A DNA stretch of 64,000 bases, taken from Octopus sinensis. Its lineage: Eukaryota. Shown in pieces: positions 36,078-49,428 of the stretch. Every line of letters starts with the position of its first letter. The stretch's first letter is position 1. The notes under the pieces are model-generated. The model searched no databases and was not told where the DNA came from. It worked only from the letters and a program-made list of their open reading frames with translations. The DNA is taken from positions 166,780,001-166,844,000 of the forward strand of contig NC_042997.1 of NCBI RefSeq assembly GCF_006345805.1, read 5' to 3'. Both the position numbers and the translations under genes were made by a program.

Positions 36078-37036
36078 ACTATAGAATATAAATGTTGCTA
36101 TTCGGTAATAATACTGCCACCGTTGCCAATATCTAATTTCCAAATATCTATCCTTACTTCAAATGTAACCGTACTGAAATATACTTTCGAGATTATGATT
36201 CCCCGTAAGGAAGTGATGAGTCTATAAACGGAAGGATTAGCTTTCCGATTTAATATGACCTTACCAATTACGATTCTTTTAGAATCAGTCATCTACTATC
36301 ACTGAGATAATGATTTCTGAATGGGTTAATTGTCTATCAAGTCGTTTTCTCCAAGTTTGCATTTCCCCATTTAAAGGCGTTAGGTCAATCAAGAGAAATT
36401 TATTTTATGGTTTATTATCGTTTATATCTTGGATTACATATAAATGGAGGCACCGAAATCTTTTAAGTGCTTAGAGCCTCTTTGGGTTTTAATCCGGCCC
36501 TGGGTGCTATGGTAATGAAAGTTTAGAAAAGCAGATAGATAATTATAGGAAGAAAGATGTGTTATATTCATCAACAGAAAATTAGCCTTTGATTTCCATC
36601 ATAATCATTTTCGATTTTACGACAGGTGCTGAAACGTTTCTAGCTTTAAAGGTACCGCGAAAGGCCTTTTTGGATGCTCAACCTTCCTAGTTCTTTTACA
36701 GGGTTTAGAAAAAACTGAAGGGCCGCTGCAATAAGCGTGCAAATCTGAGAGGGGAATATGATGAATATTATTTTTCATAATTGACACCCCTGTATTTTCT
36801 TTTAATCAAAGCCATGAACTTTTAAGTACCACCTCGTAAATTATTGCTCACCAACGTAAAAGATGTGATAATAATTTGCATTAATAGTTAATTTGCTGAT
36901 CACAAATTGTATTTGATATTTGTTTACATGTCTGTGTCTCGCTATACTCATTCTATTTAAAGTATATGGACATGATATGTCGAATAGTAGTCCATCGAGC
37001 ACATTTCAATTAAAATCTTTTCCTTTATCATCAGTT

Positions 37037-37149
37037 GTCAGGATGGCCGAGTGGTCTAAGGCGCCAGACTCAAGGTATAATTCCTTAACCAGAGCGTAGA
37101 GTATTCTGGTCCACGTATGTGGGCGTGGGTTCGAATCCCACTTCTGACA
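37037..37149 (+). tRNA. trnL: tRNA-Leu(CAA) with 29-nt intron (37075-37103)
   Basis: Same exons as 34840 with a perfect variable arm (CCACGTATGTGG). Downstream T-run terminator. Confidence 0.95.
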
Positions 37150-37350
37150 ACCACATTTTTTAAAATTATTTATTTTACTCTTCCACATATTTTCGACTCT
37201 ATTATGTATTTCATATATATTTTTATTAATTTGCATCTCAGTTCTCCCCGCTTTCGAATAGCTATTGTTTGATAGATTCGGTGCGGCAATGTGACAGAAG
37301 GAAGAAACATTTCTTATAATTGAATATTTATCACTTTACATCCTGATTTC

Positions 37351-37390
<40 letters not shown>

Positions 37391-37400
<10 letters not shown>

Positions 37401-40400
37401 TATATATATTTAAAAAAGGAGATGTGGAACACGAGTTGTGATATATAAAAAATAATTTAAGTTAGGGAGAGTGTATTTAATTAGGTGAAAGTTCTTTTTA
37501 CCGGTTGTGCATTTGTTATGCTTATCAAAAGATATTTTTTTAAGAGAGATAGAGTTCCTTTCTGATAGATTTTTTTTCTCTTATCTGACTTTATGTTGGG
37601 TTTGCTGTCTCTTATATGTGAAAAAAGAGGCTCCAGAGTTGTTTAAGATTTGCTTGGTTTCGCGCCTAAAATTTCTTGTGGACAATGGTCAATACAATTT
37701 TGATTGATCATTATAAAGGGGTCACGTGAATGTTTGAATGGAAGTTGGTGTTGGGGTAAGAAAATAGGCTCCAGAGATGTTAAAATTTGGCTAGTGTCGC
37801 GCCTAAAATTTCTTATTGGTCATAATAAAGAGGTCACGTGGATGTGGTCATAATAGAGAGGTCACGTGAATGTTTAGAATGAATGTTGATGTGGGTGGTG
37901 TATGGAGTTTTCGAAAATAGCGTTGTTGAAAATTCTTATTGTTCAGGCTGGTCAGTAGACATCATGTGGATATTTTAAATAGCTTTTTAGCGCGTAGAGT
38001 TAAGGAGTGTTTTTCCGCTTGACTGAATTTGAGCTGGATAAGTAAGTTCGTTTAGGACAGGAAGAGCTATATGTATGTATGTGTGTGTATGTGTTTATAT
38101 GTATGTTGGGGCGCGCGCGCGTGTATATATGTGTGCGTGTGTGGGTACAATTTTCAATATTTATAGTTCTGCTGGCCTTGTGCCTGTATCGGGAAGCAAC
38201 GTGTTTGTGTGAAGTCAATATTTACAGTCATTTCCAAAAAATAGTGTTGGATGTTTTGCACCCGTATCAAATTATGTGTATGTGTGGAACCATATATTTG
38301 CGTGTGTCATGGTGTTAACATCTGGGTAAAAGTGTGTGTGCAGGTGTAAGTGTGTTTGTTGTGGGTTCGTGTTTAGAAGTGGTCTGTATTTATTAATAAG
38401 GTGGGATTCCATGGTTATTCGCTGGGTATGAGTGGCATTGTCTTTAAATTTGTAGAGGGGAAAGATTCTAAAATTGGGATGAAGTTGTGCGGCACAGGTA
38501 TCAATATGTGCACTAAGTGCTATTTTTCTGTATTCTTGTATTTTTATTTGGGATCTGTGGACAGTCATGCGTTGGCGGAGGCTATTTTTAGTTTGGCCTA
38601 TGTAGTGTTCATTACAGCCCGAGCAAGTTAAGACATATACTAGGTTTTCTGATGCGCATGTGAAGTTGTGTTTTACTGTGAAACGTTGTCCTTGTTTAAA
38701 AAGGAATTCCGGACCTTCTATTAGGTTGATGCATATACCACAGTTGGGTCTATTGCATTTGTTAGGATGGTTTTCAATGATTTGGGTTGCCTTTTGCTCT
38801 TTATGATTTCGTGTGTTAGGAGGATTTGGTTCATTCTATGGTCCTTTTTTAATACAGGAATGTTCTGGAGGATGGTGTCAAAAGCTTCATTGTTGAGGGG
38901 GTTGTGTGTAGAGATGTATGGTAGAGTATGGGGTTTCGATGTAACAGGTTTAGGGCGTCTAAGTTCCTGTGTGCTGAGTTTTAGGGCGCGTTGGATCCCA
39001 TTGTCAATTAGTGACGTGGGGTAATCCCTGCTTGTTAATGTGTCCTTAAGTTCTTGTAGACGTAAGAGATGGGTGTTTTTATTGGAGACTATAGTGCAAA
39101 TTCTCTTGGCTAAGTTGTAGGGAATGTTAATTTTAACGTGTCTAGGGTGGCATGAATTGAAAGGGAGGTATTGCTTGGAGTCTGTGGGCTTGTAGTATAT
39201 GTCTGTTTCTATTTTTTTGTTGTGAATTTTAATGAGGATGTCGAGGAAGGGAATTTGTTGAGGGCTGTATTCCATTGTGAAAATAATGTTTGTGTTGAGC
39301 CCATTTATAAGGGTGTGAAATTCTTTAAGCTTCTCGACGGTTTCGGGCCAAAGGATGAAGCAGTCATCAAGATATCTCTTCCAGTTCTTCTCTATGTGTG
39401 TGTGGAGAGTGGTGCCAAATTGTTAAGAACGTTATTATAGAGGGTGATTTCCAGGTATCCCATGACTAGGTTGGCGTAAGTGGGAGCTGTTTTCGTTCCC
39501 ATTGCCGTCCCTGATTTCTGTCTGTAGAATTTGTTGTTGAAGGTGAAGAAATTATTCTCTAAGATGAATTTGAGTCCTTCTAAAATAAATTCCTTTTTGA
39601 TGCGGTGTGGGAGTTCGTTGGAGTAATTATCCAGCCAGAATTGGATAGCTTCTATTCCTAGGTTGTGGGGGATGTTGGAGTAAAGATTAACTACATCGAA
39701 TGTTACTAGCAGGGTTTTTTCAGCAAGAAGTGTATTGGGGAGGTGGTTGAGCATATCTAGATCGTCCCTTATGTAGCTTTTAATGTGTTTGAGGAAGGGC
39801 TTGAGAAGGGTATCAATGAAGTTGCTAAGGCGGTGGGTTTCGCAAGCGGGACCTGCTATTATAGGTCTCAATTTGAGGTCATTTGTGAGGGGACATTGAT
39901 TACAGAGTTTGTGGCTTCCTTGCATGCCTTACTTATTAATTCGCTTTTATGAATTTTGGGAATACCGTAGAAGAGGCTGGTTTTACTAGTGAAATTTGTG
40001 ATGAAGTTGAATTCTTTGTTAGTGAGTTCTTCTTGTGGGGGTTGATCAGGTTTTTAAGTTTCTCATAATTTTCTGTTGATTGTAGTGTTCAGCCTTTTCG
40101 TAATATGTTCCATTTTCCAAGGTGGAGAGTGCTAAGTTGATATAGTATTCTGTCTCCATTAAGACTACTGCACTTCCTTTATCGGCCTCTTTAATGGTGA
40201 TAGATCTTTCATTTTTTAATTTGTTTAATTCTTCCCACTCTTTCTTGTTGAGGTTTGGTTTGGGTTTGGATTTGTGTTTGTGTAAGTGTTGGTAGGGGAA
40301 GTTTGTAATGTGCTCACAGAATTCGTCTAGGATTTTATTTCTACCTTTTGGTGGGGTGTAGTTGCTTTTATTTCTAGCTAGTGACTCATCTTCATTGTGC

Positions 40401-41333
40401 TGGTCGAATAGTTCCTCACTAAGTCACAATTTTCTACAAAATTCTGTAATGTCTTCCTTCATTTCGTAGTAGTTTGGACGTGGGGGTGGGTGGGTGAATT
40501 TAAGACCTTTGGAGAGTAAGTTGAGAAGGTTGGGGTTGGGTTCTGTATTGGTTAAATTGATGACTTTAATTAGTTTCTGTTTCTCTTCCCTGTCCTGTGT
40601 TATTTTGTTTGCCTGTATCTGTGTGCTGTGTCTAAAAAATGGTTGGGGTAGAGGGGTTGTCTGTTGGTGTTAAGAGGTCCTGTGTGTTTGTTATATTACT
40701 TGTTGTGAAATATGGTTCGGGTTCGTGGTTGTGGATAGAATGGGGTGTTCTTGTATTGCGGGTGTTGGTGTGTGTTTCTTTGTGTCGTGATGGATTGTGG
40801 TGATATGAGTGGCCTACGTGGGTGCTTGTATCGAGTGGTATGGGCTTGTTGTGTACTGTGAGAGTTGAGAAAGTGAAAATTACCTTGTTGTCCCCTCGTG
40901 GTGTGGATGTTGTTGTGTCTATCCTGGTAGTGGAATCCTCTTTTATTTGTTAATAAGGTATTCGAGTAGTTGTTGAGTTGTTGTGTATAGTGTCTCCGTG
41001 AAGGGGGAAATTCGTTAATGTAATTCTGGTGGTGAGGGTTTCCAGGGTTCTTGTTCCTCCTTATGGACGTGGGGTAAGAAGGTACATCTTCAATATGCTG
41101 TTTCCTTCTTTTGTTCGAGGTTGGAGGGTTGGCGGAGTTGTTGTGTGGTTGGGTTCCTGGTTTTCCCATTTTTATGAACGGGTTATTGGAAGAGTAATCC
41201 GTTTTGAAAGTCGATTCATAGTTTAGGAACCAGGCCGCACTTTAATGAACACTACATAGGCACTGTAATGAACACTACATAGGCCAAACTAAAAATAGCC
41301 TCCGCCAACGCATGACTGTCCACAGATCCCAAA

Positions 41334-41338
<5 letters not shown>
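37391..41338 (-). mobile_element. Neptune-type Penelope-like element with a short inverted 5' segment
   Basis: RT motifs LRPIIAG..FDVVNLYSNIP..YRQKSGTAMGTKTAPTYANL..IPFLD..YYKPTD..HP. Linker KCNRPNCGIC. GIY-YIG CASENLVYVLTCSGC..YIGQT. Lies between (TA)n and (GA)n. Confidence 0.92.
38275..41215 (-). pseudogene. Neptune RT + GIY-YIG ORF, frameshifted
   Basis: Track ORFs 40696-41169, 39392-39925, 38721-39275 and 38272-38568 are collinear. Confidence 0.85.
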
Positions 41339-41378
<40 letters not shown>

Positions 41379-41696
41379 AGCTATGATTTTTGTCTGTGTG
41401 ATCATCATTTTCGACCTTAGGTTGTAGTGAACCAACGCTTAGCACTTAAGAAATTCATATGAAAATCTTTGCTATTATTTTGTTATTCACAATTTGCGAT
41501 TTATATTTGTTTTCGTGTCCTTTGTATTGACATTGACATTTTAATTAAATTCTAGATATACGAAATATACAGATGTTCTATATTAATTAATAGTACTGTA
41601 GTCTGGATATACAATGTCTTTTGTTTGAACACACCGAAGAGTAGCAATGGTATAGTTAAGTACTTTCTGATTCATTTCCTCCATCAAATACCAGTT

Positions 41697-41795
41697 GTCC
41701 ACGTGACCCGCCAGACTGAAGGTATAACTCCCTATCTAGAGTAAAAGGTATTCTGGTCCACGAACATGGGCGAGGGTTCGAGTTCCAGTTCCAAC
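41697..41795 (+). pseudogene. Degenerate intron-containing tRNA-Leu pseudogene
   Basis: Same CCAGTTGTC start, CGCCAGACTGAAG, a 29-nt intron ending GTA, and TTCTGGTCCAC..GGGTTCGAG. D-arm deleted and anticodon mutated. Flanks homologous to the other units. Confidence 0.8.
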
Positions 41796-42769
41796 TTCTA
41801 TTTTCCCATCTACGTATTCTCCACTTATATGTATAAACTGACTAATTTCGTTTTCATTTTCAGAACCTGTTCTCTTAAATGTATTTTTTTGTTTTCCACT
41901 TTCGGATCGGTATATGTTCACAAATTCGGCAACATATGATAACAAAATAAAGATCATGTCTTATGATTAAATATTTATCTTTGTACTTCCTAACGCCGAA
42001 TCCCACTATGTGCAACTCTACTCCGTCACTGGATCGTGTATCTCTATATTTAAATCTTATTCGTTAATGTATAATTTCTTTGTATATCATTTCTAGTTAA
42101 TTTTTGGCGATATTTTGCTATAAGAGGAACCAATCTCCACATGGCATTAAAAAGGTATAAAAATTATAAAAAGCGTTTCACGTTAATACCTAGATGAGTG
42201 CTCCGGTTGTAGAGAAATTCTGTACAGGAATATGTTATATCTATAATCATGAAGCCTCGATGTTGAGGTTACATGGTCTTTAGACGTATGCTTCATTATT
42301 CTATAGGATCTTTAATGTCTCAGCAACAGGGTCTAACAGGGCTGTAAGTACTTTGGTTGCTATGGTGGAGTTCATGTGTGGCTATTCCATCAGTCATCAG
42401 TTAAAGTTTTCAGCCGTTTGCGGTTTATGGCCAGTGTGATCCAATACAATATTCCCACTTATACAAGGAGCTATAATACATCACTTAAATCAATGGTTCT
42501 TAACTTTTTATTTCTTTTTGTAACACCTTCCTTTTAAGTAGTTGTTATGACTCACACCAACCTAAGTGGCAAGTGCGTTACCACGACTAAAATAACTTAA
42601 CGTGGATGATAATTTATAAATTTTATTCAAAATATGGATTGTATAAGTTTTAACAGTGCTGTCTGCTAATGCTTAACGCTCCCTTCGACATACCCAGTAA
42701 AGTTCTTGGGGGCGGTATCGCCCACGTTGAGAATCTCTGACTTTACTATTTATGACAGTTTATTTAAGG

Positions 42770-43350
42770 CGGTGAGCTGGTAGAAACGTTAGCACGCCGG
42801 GCGAAATGCTCAGCAGTATATCGTCTGCCGCTATGTTCTGAGTTCAAATTCCGCCGAGGTCAACTTTGCCTTTGATCCTTTAGGGGTCGATTAAATAAGT
42901 ACCAGTTACACACTGGGGTCGATAGAATCGACTTAATCCCTTTCTTTGTCCTCTCTGTGTTTAGCCCCTTGTGAGTAGTAAAGAAATAGGTATTTCGTCT
43001 GCCACTACGTTCTGAATTCAAATTCCACCGAGGTCGACTTTGCCTTTAATCCTTTCGGAGTCGATAAATTAAGTACCAGTTACGAACTGGGGTCGATGTA
43101 ATCGACTTAATCCCTTTGTCTGTCCCTGTTTGTCCTCTCTGTGTTTAGCCCCTTGTGAGTAGTAAAGAAATAGGTATTTCGTCTGCCACTACGTTCTGAG
43201 TTCAAATTCCACCGAGGTCGACTTTGCCTTTCATCCTTTCGGAGTCGATAAATTAAGTACCAGTCACGAACTGGGGTCGATGTAATCGACTTAATCCCTT
43301 TGTCTGTCCTTGCTTGTCCCCTCTGTGTTTAGCCCCTTGTGGGCAGTACA
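42770..43350 (+). mobile_element. Meta-like SINE with tandemly repeated ~175-bp body (3 units)
   Basis: One tRNA-like head followed by repeats of GTATTTCGTCTGCC...CCCCTTGTG.GTAGTAAAGAAATAG. Similar arrays at 46560-47000 (-), 51330-51948 (-) and 57856-58620 (+). Confidence 0.85.
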
Positions 43351-43844
43351 GGAATTATTTATGACAGTTTATAATTTACGTATGTATCCAATACATGTAT
43401 TCATCGTATGGTGGGACAGGAATTGTAATCTGGTGTAAAGTGGACTTGTTTGTTTTCTTTGGTGGGGAGGAAGAGAAGCGAAGTGGTTAGGGCAAAGGAA
43501 AGAAGAAAGTTGTCAGAGGGATGGGGGTGAAAGGCGGTCTCGAGAAAGCGCCGCCGCTACCATATTCTATCTGTACTATATTTTAAGTCGATCTGCTAGA
43601 ATTAGTAGCCCCAAATCTCCCTCAAATTGATTCAACAAGAAATCCTTGATCTCTAATATCACTTATACTGCCTTCTCCCAGTTCCACCCACCATCATCAC
43701 CACAACCTCCATCGCCAGAGTTTGCATTGTCTCCACACCACCAGCATCTCAGCCGCCACCACTGGGATCGCATTCTCTCCCTCTATGTATGCACTACCAT
43801 CAAAATTTTTAACACCTTAACACTACGTCAGTACCACCAGTTAC

Positions 43845-44168
43845 ACCACCGACACCACCACCACTACCACTAGCTCTACCACCAGTTCCATCACCACCGT
43901 TCCAGATTCCCACTCCACTATCAACAGCACCAGCGTTATCGCCGCCACCACTACCATCACTAAGACGACAACGACGGTGGCCGCCGCCGCCGCCGCCACC
44001 ACCGCCAGCACCACCACCACCGCCAGCACCACCACCACCACCACCACCACCACCACCAACCACCACCACCACCCACCACCACACCACCACCACCACCACC
44101 ACCACACCACCACCACTACCACCACTACCACCACCACCACCACCACCACCACCACCACCACCACCACT
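43845..44168. repeat. (ACC)n/(GCC)n trinucleotide repeat
   Basis: Visible directly in the sequence. Confidence 0.95.
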
Positions 44169-44440
44169 TTATATATAAAAAAAAACACTGGCTTCGTTCA
44201 TTGAAAGATCTCGAGCAAATGACGTCTTAAATAGAATAAATGAAATGTTTTATTCCTCATCAGATGTCCACAATCGTGTGATTGTTTCTGAATAATTCTT
44301 CTTTGACATTTAACTGGCAAGAGAAATATTTTTATAATGTAATACCATATATGAAGCAGCATGGCTTATCACCGATAGGGGATACGTGTGTATGTATTTA
44401 CGAGCGCGCGTGTGTATGTGAGTGTACACACACGCACACA

Positions 44441-44494
<54 letters not shown>

Positions 44495-46409
44495 ACAAAC
44501 ACAAACACACACATATGTATATATGTAGGTAATATATATTACATATATATAGGCATATATACGCACTCCACCATCAACAGCACATATGTCTGTATGTATA
44601 TATGTATACGTGTATGTATGTATATGTATGTATATATATATGTGTGTGTGTATATATATATGTATTATATTATATATCATATATACTTATACATATATAT
44701 GTGCACATATATAAATACACATAGGCACACACACATACCATGCACACACACACACACACACCACACACACACACACACACACTCACACTCGCATACACAT
44801 ATAAGTGTTCACGTAGCCAAGTATCGGCTCATTTCCTAATATCAAGAAATGCATGTTTGTTCATTGTTCATAACGAAATTAACAAGCAAAGATGATAAAG
44901 AATCGGAAAAAAAACAAAAAAAAAAAAAGGCGGAAAATAGCGGAAAAAAGAAAAAAGAAAGCCAAAGAAAGACAATAGTTTCTTTACATCTAGAAAAGAT
45001 TCTTCTTTCGGCTAATTTTGTGTATCTTCACTGGGAATTATTTATTTAAAGAAATCTACTTCCATTTTATAAATTAGACTCGATAGTTGCCTACATTTCG
45101 ACTGAGGGCACCGATATCTTTTCCTCATTTCCTCGCGCTGTTAGACGAAGAACAAGGCCTGACACGCTAACGTCTATGTCCTCAAAGTAAAGGAATTTAT
45201 CAAAATCGCGTATAAATTCCAGTATGGTTGATATTTAGGCTCACGTGATCTTAAGCACACATCATTACTTTAATCTTTCACTTATTTAAAATCTACCGCG
45301 TGTTCTATCGGGTTCTTGTTAACGGGGCTGTAAGCCCACATCCGCCCCATCCCACATTCATCTATATAAGACGGGTTCCACACAATTTCCGTTTACTAAA
45401 TTGACTCACAAAGTATTAATCAGCCCAGGGCTATAATAGGAGACTGCCCAAATTGCCTGGCATTGGGACTGAATTAAAACCCACCTACTCGCAAAGCAAA
45501 CTTTTAAACTTCGTAGCTATCTTTGTGCCCCATATCAATGACTGCACTATTTAGCGTTTTCTTTCCTTTCTCTGAGACGGTTAGTGTGAGCAAAGAGAGC
45601 GTTATAACTACCTTTTCAGGCAATTTGATCGAGCAACGAAGCTGTGGTTCTCTCACTGATTCTGTTTGAAAAAGTGAGTAAGCGGGCTAGAGATGAGTGT
45701 TTACAGCAGGTTAGGGGATTGGTAGAAATGATAGGGTGTCGGCAGTAGGAATTTTCAATACGTCTACTCTCCTTTATCACTGATTCATGCGGCATTGATC
45801 TGAGACAATACAGTATGCTCATTGTGAACTGAGCAACGTTTGTCACGAACTTAGCGGTAAAAAACACTGAACGGCGAACGCGCGCCTCAGTGACCATTCA
45901 CAAAGCTCGGGACAACATGGGTTTTCGGAAATATGTTCTATTATTAACTTATCACTGATTCATTTAGCACGGTGTTTAGGGGAAGAAAAGCCGTGATGAT
46001 AGCCCGTGGTGATGTTTATATATTCAAATCCTGCGGAAGTCGACTTTACATTATATATTTCCGGAGTTGATAAAATAAATAGAAGTCAAATACTGGAGTC
46101 GACTGAAGAAATTGTGACGTCTGCCAACTCTCTTCTCTATTTCCGTTCTGTACAGTACATAGACCCATCTTTGGATTCTTCCCGCAGCACACACTTTTAC
46201 TCTTTACTTGTTTGAGTCATTCGACTGTAGTCATGCTGGCGCATCGCCTTGAAGAGTTTAGTACGGACACCAGCACTCATGTTAAAATCTGATCTATCGG
46301 TTCCTATTTGCAAAGTTACAAAGACGTAAACAAACTAACATCGGTTGTAGAGTGGTGTGTGAGCAATGCATGCACGTGTGCAAGCGTGCACTCACACACA
46401 CACACACAC

Positions 46410-46442
<33 letters not shown>

Positions 46443-48443
46443 GACGGGATTTCGTACGAAATTCACTCATAAAGGCTTGGTTGGTCCGGGAATATAGTAA
46501 CAAACACAGCATTTTGTTCGACGTTCTAGCGATTCTACCAAATTGCAACCTTCTGACTATCGGGATCAGTAAGTTCTTATTTCTTTATTGCCCACAAGGG
46601 GCTAAACATAGAGGGGACAAACAAGGACAGACAAACGGATTAAGTCAATTACATCGACCCCAGTGCGTAACTGGTACTTAATTTATCGACCCTGAAAGGA
46701 TGAAAGGCAAAGTCGACCTCGGCGGAATTTGAACTCAGAACGTAACGGCAGACGAAATACCTATTTCTATTTCTTTACTACCCACAAGGGGCTAAACACA
46801 GAGGAGACAAACAAGGACAGACACACGGATTAAGTCGATTACATCGACCCCGGTGCATAACTGGTACTTATTTAATCGACCCCAAAAGGGTGAAAGGCAA
46901 AGTCGACCTCGGCGGAATTTGAACTCAGGACGTAGAGGCAGACGAAATACTGCTAAGCATTTCGTCCAGCGTGCTAACGTTTCTGCCAGCTCATCGCCTT
47001 AAATAAATTCTGTCCTGGTCGAACACATCTAAGGTCAATAGCATTTAGATCGTTACCATCTCATCTTATTTTCAGCCAGTGAACTACATTATACAATGTA
47101 CCTTTTTCTTTTTATCATTATAACGATATTGTAAGGGTTGAGATACATTAAGTTGCCATTTCTAGCAAGTCGAGTCTTATAGAGGTCGATAAAATAAGTA
47201 CAAGTCAAATACTGAAGCCAATTTGATAGACCATAATCCTCTCCTTATATGGTTTATATTAGAAATTATAATTATTTGTTTTTGGTAGAATCAGACAGAA
47301 AAAGAAAATTTGCCATTAATTGTTCCTAATTTTATTTCATCGTCAGAACCCTTGAAGATATTTTCTAGACAACCACTAGATTTTTCTAGAAATATGAACA
47401 AGAGAAATGTTTTTTAGAGAATTTATTTTCGATTCACCCACTGCTCACACACGAAAGGTAGAACAACAGATTATACAACTGTGAAATAATGCTTACATCT
47501 AAATTTAAATCAATATTAAATATGTTATCTATTTAGAAAGAAAGCCAGCAAAAAAGTATATTTGGTCCTGGCTGGCGCCCCATTCAATTAATTTCTCATA
47601 CTCCCTAGAAATTTGAAACTTATTTGTTGAAAGAAACACATCGTTGTTTGTAGCCTTACGTTATAAATTAAAGGGAGATAAATTTATTCAACTTAAGTAT
47701 ACATAGTTTTAATGAGTTACTTCCCTTGACAAACCGAAACCTACAATGACATAAGTTTAAATTCTTTACGGCGACAAGAAACAAGACAGCGAATTAGCAA
47801 AATCGTTAATGCGTATAAATTAGTTCCTTAGGTATTTCTTCCGATTTTTATCATTCTATGTTCTATCCAACCGAATTAGCTTTGACTTTCGCTCCTCCGA
47901 CGTCGATAAAATAAAATACGAGGCAGGTACTTAGGGCGTTGTCATCGATTTGTACCCCACACCTACCCCTCATACCATCAAAACTGCTGAGCTTGTGCTT
48001 AAATCAGACACAGTTATCTATTCGGATAGTTGTTCCTAATCTTATTTCACCGTGAGACCATTGTACGATTTTCAGAACAATTGCAGCACCCATCTCTATA
48101 TTTTACAGATAAATCCCGTCACCTTAATTTTAATCGAACATTAAATGAAACAAAAATAGTTTAGAAAACCGGTGCTGGTTTATTTACGTCCCGCAATTTA
48201 ATGGTTCGGTAAAAAAGACCGATATCTCTTTTACTTGTTTCAGTCATTTGACTACGGCCATGCTGGAGTACCGCCTTTAGTCGAGCAAATCGACCCCAGG
48301 ACTTATTCTTTGTAAGCCTAGTACTTATTCTATCAGTCTCATTTGCTGAACCGCTAAGTTACGAGGACGTAAACACACCACCATCGGTTGTCAAGCAATG
48401 TTGGGGGGACAAACACAGACACATAAACATACACACACACACG

Positions 48444-48474
<31 letters not shown>

Positions 48475-49075
48475 TTATACACATATATACGACGGGCTTC
48501 TTTCAGTTTCCATCTACCAGATCCACTCAGAAGGTTTTGGTCTGCCCGAGGCTATAGTAGAAGACACTTGCCCAAGGTGCCACGCAGTGGGAATGAACCC
48601 AGAACCATGTGGCTGGTAAGCAAGCTACTTACCACACAGCCACGTTAAGATAAAATAAATAACGGACTTAAAAATATGTACCGGCATCGATCTCTTGGAC
48701 GAAAACGCTTCAAGGGGGTGCCCCAGGCTGGCTGCAGTCTGAAACAAGTAAAAGATTAGAATATAAGACAAATTTTTATTAAATTTTATAAAATGACACC
48801 TTATCTCGCGATGCCTCTGAAATTTTATTGAGGAGCCCAGTTTGAGAAACCATTGTTCTTGAAGATGCATATGTTAAGTAACCTTTGGGACATTCACTGC
48901 TGTGGGTTCAAGCAGAATCAGCCAGACTGTTTGCGTGATTTGGTCGGTATCATCGACTCCTGTACCAGATTCCTCCTGCCTTTAATAACCTGGGTCCTAG
49001 TCGTTATATGTTACTGTTGTTTAATTCTATATAACTCTACTTTAAAAAAAACAAAACATGATTAAATGTATTCCT

Positions 49076-49428
49076 CCTGTGACTACATTGTTAAATAAGA
49101 CCCCCTTCGGTCATGAATGACCATGGGATTGCACCTAGAAAGTTACCCTCCTAGACACAAGTCCGGGCAAGGTTGTTTATGGAAGACCAGCAGTCGCTCA
49201 TACCAGCCTCCCCTCTCCACGCCACCAGTGTTATCCAAGGGAAAGACAAAGGTCGATACAGCTTGGCACCAGTAACGTCGCAACTCATTTCTACAGCTGA
49301 GTGAACTGGAGCAACGTGAAATAAAGTGCCTTGCTCAAGAACACAACACGCAGCCCGGTCCTGGATTCGAGCTCACAACCTCACGATCGTAAGCTCGACG
49401 CTCTAACCACTGAGCCATGCGCCTTCAC
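49076..49428 (-). mobile_element. tRNA-Arg-like-headed CORE SINE (OR-type); partial copies at about 51055-51160 and 52830-52930
   Basis: Head GGCGCATGGCTCAGTGGTTAGAGCG..CTTACGATC..GCTCGAATCC, CORE-like GTGTTCTTGAGCAAGGCACTT, and a distinct 3' tail. Confidence 0.75.

Noticed and set aside
42770-43350. Regularly spaced repeats resembling a CRISPR array
   Set aside because: These are whole ~175-bp SINE units without unique spacers, in a eukaryotic context.
43809-44204. Poly-Val/Gly/Thr/His ORFs; also poly-Thr/Leu at 16110-16558
   Set aside because: Trinucleotide repeat artefacts with no splice or domain support.
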